The position numbers and the translations under genes are program-made. From Eledone cirrhosa (Eukaryota), in assembly GCA_964016885.1 (NCBI GenBank), contig OZ024744.1, positions 84,568,001-84,632,000 on the forward strand: a stretch of DNA of 64,000 nt. The letters are read 5' to 3'. How positions within the stretch are numbered: the stretch's first letter is position 1; each line of letters opens with the position of its first letter. Shown piece after piece: positions 53,430-64,000 of the stretch. The notes below the pieces were generated by a model that saw nothing but the letters and a program-made list of their open reading frames with translations, made no database searches and was not told the DNA's origin.

Positions 53430-54233
53430 ATTGTGTTTTATTTTGAAAAACGCTCTAATTCCTGCTGTAAAATGTCTCTCTCACTCACATATTGAATCGT
53501 ATAAGTTGTGAAATAGACTGGTGAAATAGACTGGTGTACTGATGGACAATGTAGAGATAAAAATATAGTGTACATAGGTGAGACAGCTCGTAGTATAAGG
53601 GAACAGATAAATGAACACTGGCGAGACCTTCAAGATAATAAAGAATCATCTGTACTCTACCAACATGCTAAAATAGAACATAAGGGTAAATTAGAGAACT
53701 TAGAAATAAAAAATATAATCTACACACATAAAAGACGCAATGTTTAGACAAATCACAGAGGCAATAAACATAAATGAACTCCAACCAAAATTAAATAGAA
53801 AACATGAGTGGAACAGCAACATCACAACTTACAATTAAGGACAGAATGAAAACACACACGCACATAGAACAAACAACCAACCAGTAACATGTAAATAAAC
53901 AAATAAATAAACGAATATAAACACACACAGACACCCGGATGTGGCGCATGCGCAGACTGAGCACACAACACACACACAGAAACAAGATGGCGTAGGACAG
54001 AACAAAGGAGAGGCACAAAAACAAAGAAAAGAATCCCCAGTCACTGAAGAGGTCACAGAATGTGTGACGAAAGAACTTTGACAATATATAAACAACCATC
54101 TGGTTGTGGAACCAACCAACCAACCGGAAATTTATAAATTCCTAAATTTATAAATTTATTATAATAAATTGAAGTGAAAATTACTAGTGCGTGTGTTTCT
54201 TATTGGCAACATGACCCTCCCAAAGTAAAACAA
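53430..54233 (+). mobile_element. Penelope-like 3' fragment (degenerate GIY-YIG plus pLTR with HHR)
   Basis: VYIGETARSIREQINEHW (~53568-53621) and DAMFRQITEAI. HHR at 54040-54082: GTCA-CTGAAGA-gGTCACA-gaatg-TGTGAC-GAAA-GAAC-TT-TGAC. (TA)n on both sides, and a terminal fragment is repeated inverted at ~28825-28868. Confidence 0.8.
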
Positions 54234-54316
54234 TATATATATATATTTATTAAAATAACAGATTAAAGCTTAAGCAAAGAATCGCTTTGGATTTTAGTCT
54301 TCAAATTTATTATTAT

Positions 54317-54437
<121 letters not shown>

Positions 54438-54672
54438 GGGAAGTAAAGTTCTATACAAAACAGTGGATATAGAGAAAAGGTGAAGTTGGAAATAGCATGG
54501 AAAATATATTTAAGGGTCTGTTTTTCTTTTTTTATCCTTTCTTTGATTCGTCAAAGTGACATTATTGAAAAGATGACATTATTCAACTGAGAGGCACAAT
54601 TCTATAAAATAAGTTTTATAATGTATATAAAGTATTTAAAGTATTACCGGTTTCGACGTATTATTAAAACAA

Positions 54673-54860
54673 AGGCGGTGAATTGGCAGTATCGGTAGAG
54701 GGCCGGACGCCATGCTTTGACGCATAGAGTTACGGCTCTTGCCATTCTGAGTTCAAATCCCGCCGAGGTTAACTTTGCCTTTCATCCTTACGGGGTCGAT
54801 AAAATAAAGTACCAGTAATGTACTGAGTAATTGATGGCCTTGTGCCAATAGTAGAAACAA
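54673..54860 (+). mobile_element. tRNA-derived SINE with TSD
   Basis: Flanked by ttattaaaacaa at 54661-54672 and 54861-54872. Confidence 0.9.
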
Positions 54861-55114
54861 TTATTAAAACAAGCTGCCTACCTTAACACGTTGCTTCTGC
54901 GGGTCTCCCCCAGTAAAGAAACAGAGAAAGCCTACAGGTTTGTTTATATATGTATATATAGTTTCTGTGTGTATGTGCGTGTATATGTATGTATGTATGT
55001 ATGTGTATATGTGTGCGTGTATGTACGTATGTAAAATACACAGTATAAATAAATAAATAAATAAATATATAGCAAGTCAGTAAGTTGCAGTTTTTTATAT
55101 ATATGTATATATGT

Positions 55115-55156
<42 letters not shown>

Positions 55157-55172
55157 TATGTGTATAAGTGTG

Positions 55173-55217
<45 letters not shown>

Positions 55218-55581
55218 GGAATTCCTTCCTTGCTCACATTCCAACCAGGTTTGATGGTCTTTATTCTCTCTTGTTCACGATTTCACCGAATTTATATTCA
55301 TGGAAATTTGGGACTTAACTCCTTCTTCCTCACTTTTCGTTGCTTCACCATCTTTGTTTGTTTACACTCTCGTGTCCCCTTTATTTACGTGTCCCAACGA
55401 CTTTTTTTAGCCGTTGCTCGCACCAACCGGAGGTATATGGTCTTTAAAGCGATGAAATACCAATGATGGTTGGAAGATCACTGGTGAAGGACTAACTTTA
55501 TTCATATGTAACCCATTAGCAACCACGCAGCACGTTTTATTCTCATATTTATATATATATATATATATATACGATATTAAA

Positions 55582-55926
55582 CGATATTAAATAAATGGAA
55601 ACTATATTTATAAAACCATATTTATTTCATTATATATATTTCAGGGATATCATATTAAAAATATGTTATGCCTTCTTCAGACAAAATACAATATAACAGT
55701 CGAATCTATCTATTTATAAGACTGTTTATATTGTATTTTGTCTGAAGAAGGCATACCATATTTTTAATATGATATCCCTGAAATATATATAATGAAATAA
55801 ATATGGTTTTATAAATATAGTTTCCATTTATTTAATATCGTAAATATACTCCAAATACTTGTTGAGTGCTTTTATATCAGTTATAAATATTTACTCGTTG
55901 TTAACCCAACAATTTAAATAAAACTT

Positions 55927-55930
<4 letters not shown>
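55582..55930. mobile_element. (TA)n-flanked palindrome with mirror HHRs (family of 21999-23803)
   Basis: Arms ~55582-55700 and ~55721-55841. HHR on + at 55735-55798 (CTGAAGA core) and on - at 55624-55687. The tail has gttgagtgct (55861). Confidence 0.87.
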
Positions 55931-55976
<46 letters not shown>

Positions 55977-56129
55977 TGCAATTGACTGAAACAGACGACA
56001 CCTAACAATATGGTGTGTTTGTTGTATCGTCTGTTTTCAAAGAACAACTGATTTAGATAATCTGAGGAAGTGTTTTCTGTATATATTTTAGGAGATAAAG
56101 AAATGCAATACAACTGTATTAGGGGTGGC

Positions 56130-57460
56130 GGAGCTTAGATATAGAGGGTGGTGGTGGTAGTGCTTAGATATAGAGGGTGGTGGTGGGGCTTAGATATTGG
56201 TCGTGGCGGAGGTGGGGCTTAGATATTGCTGGTGATAGTGGTGAGGTCGCTGGTGATAGTGGTGGTGGTGGTGGTGGTGGTAATGGTGGTGACGGTGCTG
56301 GTGGTGGTGGTGTTGTTGGTGATGGTGGTGACGGTGGTGGTGGTGATGGTGGTGGCGGCGGTGATGGTGGTGACGGTGCTGGCGGTGGTGGTGACGGTGG
56401 TGACGGTGCTGGTGGTGGTGGTGATGGTGGTGACGGTGCTGGTGACGGTGCTGGTGGCGGTGGTGCTAATGTTAGTGGAGGGGCTGGTACTGGTGTTAGT
56501 GGTGGTGGTGGTGGTGGTGGTGCTTGTGGTGGTGCTAGTGGTGCTGGTGGTGCTGGTGGTGGTTGTGGTGGTGGTGGTGGTGCTAGTGACCGTGGTGGTG
56601 GTGGTGCTGGTGGTGTTAGAGGTGGTGGGGGTGAAGGGCATATAAATACAGGGTGGCTGATCGTTGTGATGTCAGTGGTGAATGTGTTGGTGGGGCGATG
56701 ATGATGATGATGATGACGATGATGATGATGATGATGATGATGATGGATGTAGTGACAGTGCAGCTGGTGGTGGTGGAGAAGGTGGTGGGTGACGACCATT
56801 GTGGTGATAGTGGCGGTGGTGGTGGTGGTGGTGGTGCAAAGTGACAGCAACAGCAGCAGAAGCAGCAGCCGGCAATGATGGCGGTGGTGGTGGTGGTGGT
56901 GGTGGTGTTGGTGATGATGGTGGTGATAATGATGAATGATGGTGCAAAGTGACAGCAACAGCAACAGCAGCCCGCAATGACGATGATGGTGGTGCTGCAA
57001 AATAGCAGCAACAGCAGCATCAGAAGCAACAGTCAGCAAAGATGGCGGTGGTGGTGATGTTAGTGATGTTAGTGATGGTGCAAAGTGACAACAACAGCAA
57101 CAGCAGCCAGAAATAGTGGTGGTGGTGGTGGTGGTGGGGATGGTGATGGTGATGGTGGTGGTGATGGTGATGGTGGTATGGATGGTGATGGTGGTGGTGG
57201 TGGTGGTGGTGGTGGTGGTGATGGTGATGGTGGTAGGGATGGTGATGGTGGTGGCGATGGTGATGGTGATGGTGGTGGTGGTGGTGATGGTGGTGGTGGT
57301 GATGTTGTTGATAGTGTTGGTGGTGGTGATAGTTGTGACAGTGTTGGTGATGGTGGTGGTGATAGTGGCGGTGGTGATGGTGCAAAGTGACAACGCCACC
57401 ACCAACAACAACCGCAGCAGCAGTCAACAATGGTGGTGGTGGTGGTGGCGGTCAGCTGCA
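56130..57460 (+). repeat. GGT/GAT-rich low-complexity tract
   Basis: (GGT)n with GAT/GCT/GAC variants. The anchor tggtgcaaagtgaca recurs 4 times (~56832, 56940, 57076, 57378). Confidence 0.9.
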
Positions 57461-57579
57461 ACACGAAGCTCTCCTCAAAACATCAGATAAACCATTTTTT
57501 GTTCACGTGCACACCGAGTGATTATTGCAAACTGAAATGGTGAACCACAACTTCACTGACTGACACGAAACACTGCTTC

Positions 57580-57652
<73 letters not shown>

Positions 57653-57666
57653 TTTCTCTGTGTGTG

Positions 57667-57708
<42 letters not shown>

Positions 57709-58065
57709 ATGAGAAGAAAGAAGAATACTGCGTGGTTGCACATGGGTTACATATGATAAAAATAGTCCTTCGTCAGTGATTGTCCAACCATCATTGGTAT
57801 TTCATCGCTTTAAAGATCATATACCTCAGGTTGGTGCGAGCAATAACTAAAAAAAGTTATTGGGACAAGTAAATCGCGTAAAGCGAGGGGGACAAGTAAA
57901 CAACATAGAAGGATAAAAGCAAATTTATATATATATATACATACATACACTACTCTCATTCTGTGTGTGTGTGTGTGTGTGTATGAGAGAGAGAGATTTA
58001 ACACTACTTACATGTATTGAGTGCTCATTAGTTCTAAGAACGCTAGTTTTTAAAACATACCAACA

Positions 58066-58106
<41 letters not shown>

Positions 58107-58141
58107 ACAAACATAATGTGTGCATATTTATTTCTGTGTGC

Positions 58142-58197
<56 letters not shown>

Positions 58198-58263
58198 GTG
58201 AAAGTATGTTTTCCGGATAGGAAATTATGTGACATGGCCGTCTAACTAAAGTAACTATTAGGA

Positions 58264-58841
58264 CTAGCAGAAAAACCACCCTTCGGGTGGTTTTCTGCTA
58301 GCATGTGTAGTGTGTATTATATATTATACGCAGGTATATATACATGTAGATGTGATACATCAAATAAAATCGTAATTGACAATACATAGAAATTGACAAT
58401 ACATAGAAATTGACAATACATAGAAATTGAAAGAAGACTGCGTAACACTGTCTTATGTAATCAGTAAAGTAATCCATGATACATTAAAAAAGATGATATT
58501 ATATATAAACTGCATTAGGAGAAAATTAGTGACGGAAAATTAGTATGTTTATCGCCACCGGAAGAGTTGACATTTCAGAAATTTTAAAGCAGTGAATCTT
58601 TAAATAAACAAAATATATTTAATAAACAGCCACGAAATTTAGTAGATAAATTATGTAATATTCATTCATTATTTATTCAAAGTAAAATAAAGTACCAGTA
58701 ATGCACTGGGATAAATGCTGGCCTTGTGCCAAAAGTAGAAACAATTATTTATTCAAAGTAATCCAACTTATTTTACAAACGGGATAAAAAAAAGAATAAA
58801 CCGTACGCAATCCCGCAGACCTTCCTTTATTATAGTTTAGA
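58264..58841 (-). mobile_element. Non-autonomous Helitron-like element with a nested 5'-truncated SINE
   Basis: Hairpin CTAGCAGAAAAACCACCC-TTC-GGGTGGTTTT-CTGCTAG, ending GA|T. A SINE 3' piece (~58686-58745) is flanked by tttattcaaagtaa, which is single in the sister copy (~51322). Confidence 0.75.
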
Positions 58842-59929
58842 TTCATGTTATCAAATGCTGAGTATTGAAATAAAAAATTAAAAAGAATTTATAGGAGTTA
58901 AGAACTAAAAAAAATTAAAGATTTAAAATTAAAATCAAATGTTGGAGTAACTTTTTTCCCATCTTTCTTGCTCAATATTTGGCTGGAGAATGAGTTCTAG
59001 GTGGTAGTAAAGATAGCAACAGCTGTGTTTCTTCACAGAACAAAGTTCTTTTTCAGAGGCAAAGGAAATATCCTGTAAATATGTGTGTGTATATCTGATT
59101 GTATTAATTGACTGGTTAAGAGTTCAAAAGGGGATGGGGGATTGTAAGCTAGAGATAAATTCTATGGTAGCAGCAGGAGTGTAAGTGAAATTCTATTATT
59201 GGAATATGGTTTTAGGGTGTGTGTGTATATATATAGTGTGAGGGTGTATATAAAACAATACACACTTGTGTGTGTGTTTTTCAGTCTGTCTGTCACAATC
59301 CCTTTAGCAATATACACATGTGTGTGGGGGGGGGTAGCCTGTTTGTCACAGGTCCCTTTGTAGTGGGAAATTAATTTTTTTTTTCTTCAAAATTCAAAAA
59401 AATTCCCAAAACTTAGAAATTCCTTCAAAATTGGGGTGTGTGTGTGGTGTGTGTGTGTTTTTTTCTTCTTCTGCCTGTCTGTCCCTTTGTGATGGGAAAT
59501 TTTAAAAAATCTTCAAAATTCAAAAACTTTTCAAAAACATTTTTTTTTTTTTTTAAATCCAAAGGATTCTTAAAATTTTTAAAAATTAAAAAAAGTTTTT
59601 AAAATAGAGTTGAGTATCAGTAGTGCCTCTCGGACAGTAACTTCTGGAATAAGTAATTTTTTCTCTTCTATTTTGTGGTGTGTGTATATAAATATATAAC
59701 AATGCACATATGTGTGTAGGGGGAGGGGGGTTGTGGTGGGTGTGTGTGTGTTTTCTTTCAGCCTGTCTGTCAAATGTCCCTTTGTGGTGCGAAATTTAAA
59801 ATCTTTTTCCCCAAAATTCAGAAAATTGTCAACTAAAAATTATTTTGTGGTGTATGTGAAGGGATCTAATGGGGGTGATTACATATTTAGTTTTGGTTTA
59901 AATTTGTTAATAAATAGTTTTTCTTTATT

Positions 59930-62198
59930 TATTCTATGTTGTTGAGTGAAAGAATCGGGGCACTTGTAACGGAGGAAGATTTTAAAGTTGGGTAGAGTCT
60001 TTCCTGCACAATCTGCAATGTGGCTACTTAAGAGGAGTTTACTTGTGTTTAAGTCTCCGATTTGTTGGCGATAGATGGTCTTTTGCGTAATGACACACCC
60101 GTCTGTCCTATATAGTTATATCGACAGCCACCGCATGTGATTACATAGATCAAGTTCTCCGAGTTGCAAGTGAAGTAGTTTTTCACTGTGAAAGCTTTCC
60201 CATCTTTAAACGTGGATTTATGTCCTTCAGTTAAGTATAGGTATGTTCCACAGTTTGTCCTTGCGCATTTTGTTACCGTAGGTTACCATTTATTTATCTT
60301 CGGTAAGCCGTAGAAAGCACTTGTATTACATTTGAAATGGCTTATGTATTCAAATTATTTTGTGGTTAGGCTACTGCGGTATTTTTGTAGTAATGCTAGG
60401 AGGTTCCCCATTGTTTTAGTTTGTTTGTAGTTTACTGTTTTTTCGTAGTACTTGTCGTCTAAGATTTTGAGTGCTAGGTCTCTATAGTAGTCAGTGTCCA
60501 TAATGACTACAGTGCTCCCTTTATCGGCTTCTTTGATGGTTATTTCAGTGTTATTTCGCAGTGTGGATAATTCTTTCCATTCGTGTTTGGAGAGGTTCTA
60601 TTTCGTGTGTTTATTTGTGATTTGTTCAAAGGGAAAGTTGATGGTGCATTCGCAGTAAGTGTTCAGTGTTGTGTTCCTCCATTTCTGTGGGCAGAAATCA
60701 CTTTTGTTTCTGACTATTGATTCGTCTTCAGTGTTGGTGTCACTGGAGAAGTATTCTATTAGTCTCAGTTTTCGGCAGAATTCCATGATATCATCTTTCA
60801 TGCCGAGGAAGTTACATTTTTGTGGTGTGGGTGTAAATTTCAGTCCCTTACTTAATATGTTAATTTGTGTGTTAATTAGTGATATCTTTGAAAGGTTAAT
60901 TATCTTCAGCTTCTCATGAGTGGGGGCCATCGGGTGTCCTGGTATTTCAGTCTTGTTCCTAAAAAAGGAATGTTGTTTTGGTTGCAATTGTAGTTTGCTT
61001 GTCTGTTTTGTATGGGTCTGTAGTTTGTTTTTTCATGAGAGTTAATGTGGTGATGGGGGTGATGTATGTTGTAGTTGTTATTGTGTAAGGGTTCTGTTAT
61101 GGGTTCATGTGGTCTGGGTGGGTTCTTTCTGGGATACATAGTGTTGATGTTGTGGGGTTGTTTTTTTGTAGTGTTGGGGGTGATACATGTTATAGTTGTT
61201 AATGTGGGACGGTTTTCTTGGGATTTCATGTGGTCTGTGTGGGTTTCTTCTGAAGTATATGGTGTTTGTTTTGCGGGTTAGTTCTATGTTGTTTTGGGGT
61301 TGGTTTCTGTAGGAGAAATTATTGTGGGTACCTATATTGTGGTGGTTGGGTATATTTCTTCTACTGAAGTTGGTTGTATTTGGTCTGTGTTTGAGTGGTG
61401 TTTTGTCTGTGGTTTATGTGTGTTGGGGTTGGAAGTATGCGTGTTTCTGAGGGGTTCTTGCTTTGTTTAATTTCTTTGTAAAGGGGATATCTGTGTGATG
61501 CATTGCTTTGAAATTCTCTTCATATTTGAGGAACCAATTTTCAGATTTTTCCCATCGTTTTAATGAGATTAGTTCTGCATTCTCGCAGTCATGTTTCCAG
61601 GATTTAATTAAATTTTATAGGGTTGTTCCCTCAATGTGTTTCGCACATTCTATTTCCATTTGTTGGTCGATATCCTGGTATTTTTGTTCATTGGAGGTGG
61701 CTCTTAATTTTAAGAGTTCTATTTCCATATTTATTTTGTTGAGTGACATTTGTTCTCGTAGTTTCTATTGTTGTTCAGGTTCATTAGTTATGAGTTTTAT
61801 TTGGAATTTACGGGGTAAGATTATTGGTATGGAGTTGATCCATTTTTCATAGATTCCAGCTTTGTTCATATTTTTCACCATATTCCAGAAAGTGAATTTT
61901 CTTGTTTTCATTTGTTTTTTTTCCAAAAGTGTCCAATTTAGTTTTTAATGTGATGTGAGGTTTCTTGTTCTGTTTTAATGTTTATACGTTTTTCCATAGA
62001 GTTGCATAAGTGCTGAATGCTTAGGTTGAATTGGTTATTGGTTGTGGTAATATTGTCTACGTTGTTGTCAGCCAGTGTGGAGTTTTGTGTTTTATCAAGT
62101 TTTTCTGTAAGGATTGTGAGTTTCCCGTTTATCTGTTGTAGAATTTTAAGGATTTTCTCATTTATATTTCTAGTTGTGTTATCGGGTTCCAGTGCCAT
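59930..62198 (-). pseudogene. Degenerate PLE ORF (N-terminus, RT start, Cys-rich linker, GIY-YIG; RT core deleted)
   Basis: IINLS..LSKGLKFTPTP..FCRKLRLIEYF (60598-60987), IKEADKGSTVVIMD (~60495-60537), and KCARTNCGTY..FTCNSENLIYVITCGGCRYNYIGQTGVSLRKR (~60080-60272). Confidence 0.88.
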
Positions 62199-62617
62199 TT
62201 TTCGGATTTGTATCGTTTGATATATTAGAAAAGGGAAGTAAGGTTCTGTACAAGACAGTGGATATAGAGAAAAGGTGAAGTTGGAAATAGCACGGAAAAT
62301 ATATTTAAGGGCCTGTTTTTGTTTTTTTATCCTTTCTTTGATTCGTCAAAGTGACATTATTGAGAATATGTCATTATTGAAATGAGAGGCACAATTCTTT
62401 AAAAAAATATATATGTGGGCAGAGGGTGCAGTGCACCCTACTGCTGCATTAAGTGTGGCAGAGAGTTCGGGAACTACTATAGGTACCCGTTTACGTGTGT
62501 TGTATTGAAGTGAATAACTATGTGTATACTCTGGGAATGTATCCTACATTACCTATTGAGTACGCTGAGATACAACCGGTCCTGGCATTGATACCTATGC
62601 TGCGTCCGTCAGCTTCT

Positions 62618-62662
<45 letters not shown>

Positions 62663-64000
62663 GGGAAGTAACGTTCTATACAAAACAGTGGATATAGAGA
62701 AAAGGTGAAGTTGGAAATAGCATGGAAAATATATTTAAGGGCCTGTTTCTCTTTTTTTATCCTTTCTTTGATTCGTCAAAGTGACATTATTGAAAAGATC
62801 TCATTATTGAAATGAGAGGCACAATTCTTTAAAAAAAAAAAAGTTATATAATGTATATAAAGTATTACCGGTTTCGATGTATTATTAAAATTCATCTTAT
62901 CAAATGTTGAGTATTGAAATAAAAAGTTTAAAAGAATCAATAGGAGTTAAAAAATAAAAATTAAAGATTTAAAATTAAAATCAAATGTTGGAGTAAGTTT
63001 TTTCCCATCTTTCTTGCTCAACACCTGTTTCGTGTGCACACACATGTGTGTATATATATGTGTATGTATATATGTATATGTACATATGTATGGGTACGTG
63101 AGTGTGTATGTATATATGTGCATATGTGTTTGCCTGCGCCCTGCACGGCCCTATAGTAGTATGGACCCCCGGAATATGAGCACGCATATGTCGTTAGCGT
63201 GTATACATGCGGAGACGCAGACATATGTACGACACATGCATGGTTCGCTGTGTCCGAAAATACCTATAACTCGCGTGACGTGTACATGAGCTTGTGGGGG
63301 CCAGTGCGGGAGTGCAGAATGACTAGTATGAAAACCCCATAGCCTCTGCCACGGGCAGACACATTTAGTAAGTTGTGCCCGTCTGGCTCCGTGTACCTTC
63401 CGTGTGTGCCTCTGTGGGGTGATGCATGGCTGGATATATATTTTTATTTACATTGATGCATGTGTGGATGTGCATGCATGTGTATATGCTCTTGTGTGTA
63501 CACATGTTTATTTATTTATTTTCCTTTTTATATTCTTTCACACAATATGCACTGAACAGGTATCTTGCCCCTACCCGCAGTGTTTTAGCAACCTCTCCAA
63601 ACAATGTTTTTCATAAAATTATTTATAGTCTTTTCTATAGTATATTCAAGCACTAACCTCATACCATAATCCTCATTTTTATATATTTGTTCACGCACTA
63701 ACCTCATAGCATTTCATCACCTCTTTAATTCTTTATAGCGCAAATCCCCTTTACCGATGTCTAAACAGCTTACAAATAAGCCCCACCTTAACCTAGTATA
63801 ACCTACCTCCCTTATGTCCGCTCACTCTTCCGTAACAAATTGATGACCAGCAGAAACCCCCTACTCCTGTTACAGCAGCACTTTCTTTCATGTCCTTTCA
63901 CGCACAGCCCTACCACATCCACACCACACACATCACCTCCACCTCACCACGTACACGCCGACATATCTATGGCAAGCCAAAACACCACACCCCGCAACGC

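Noticed and set aside
56164-57490. Gly-rich and Pro/His-rich ORFs
   Set aside because: This is a GGT/GAT low-complexity tract open in several frames on both strands, with no signal peptide or splice support visible.

Overview
AT-rich, microsatellite-dense eukaryotic non-coding DNA. The SINE families and (TA)/(CA) load suggest an octopus/coleoid cephalopod genome, which is an inference. No host gene can be supported, and nearly all long ORFs in the track are translations of simple repeats. The real coding remnants are all transposon-derived: a near-intact CR1-group LINE RT (26.8-28.7 kb), three Penelope-like (PLE) RT/GIY-YIG remnants (36-37 kb, 53.5 kb, 60-62 kb), two mariner remnants and an RTE fragment. 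There are also tRNA-derived SINEs, hAT MITEs and non-autonomous Helitrons. The main hidden structure is a dense set of about 20 type-I hammerhead ribozyme (HHR) motifs in roughly 10 sequence-unrelated, mostly non-coding families. Most sit between (TA)n tracts and share one architecture: (TA)n - inverted arm - axis - HHR - TTGAGTRC-like motif - (TA)n. A few occur as HHR-to-HHR tandems (463 bp and 1280 bp), resembling retrozymes. Other notable items: a 36-copy ~59-bp satellite grown inside a hAT MITE whose unexpanded sister copy is also in the window, and a PLE terminal repeat split at an A|T inside its HHR by about 4.2 kb of Helitron-bounded DNA. All motifs and pairings were read by eye, so coordinates may be off by a few bases.
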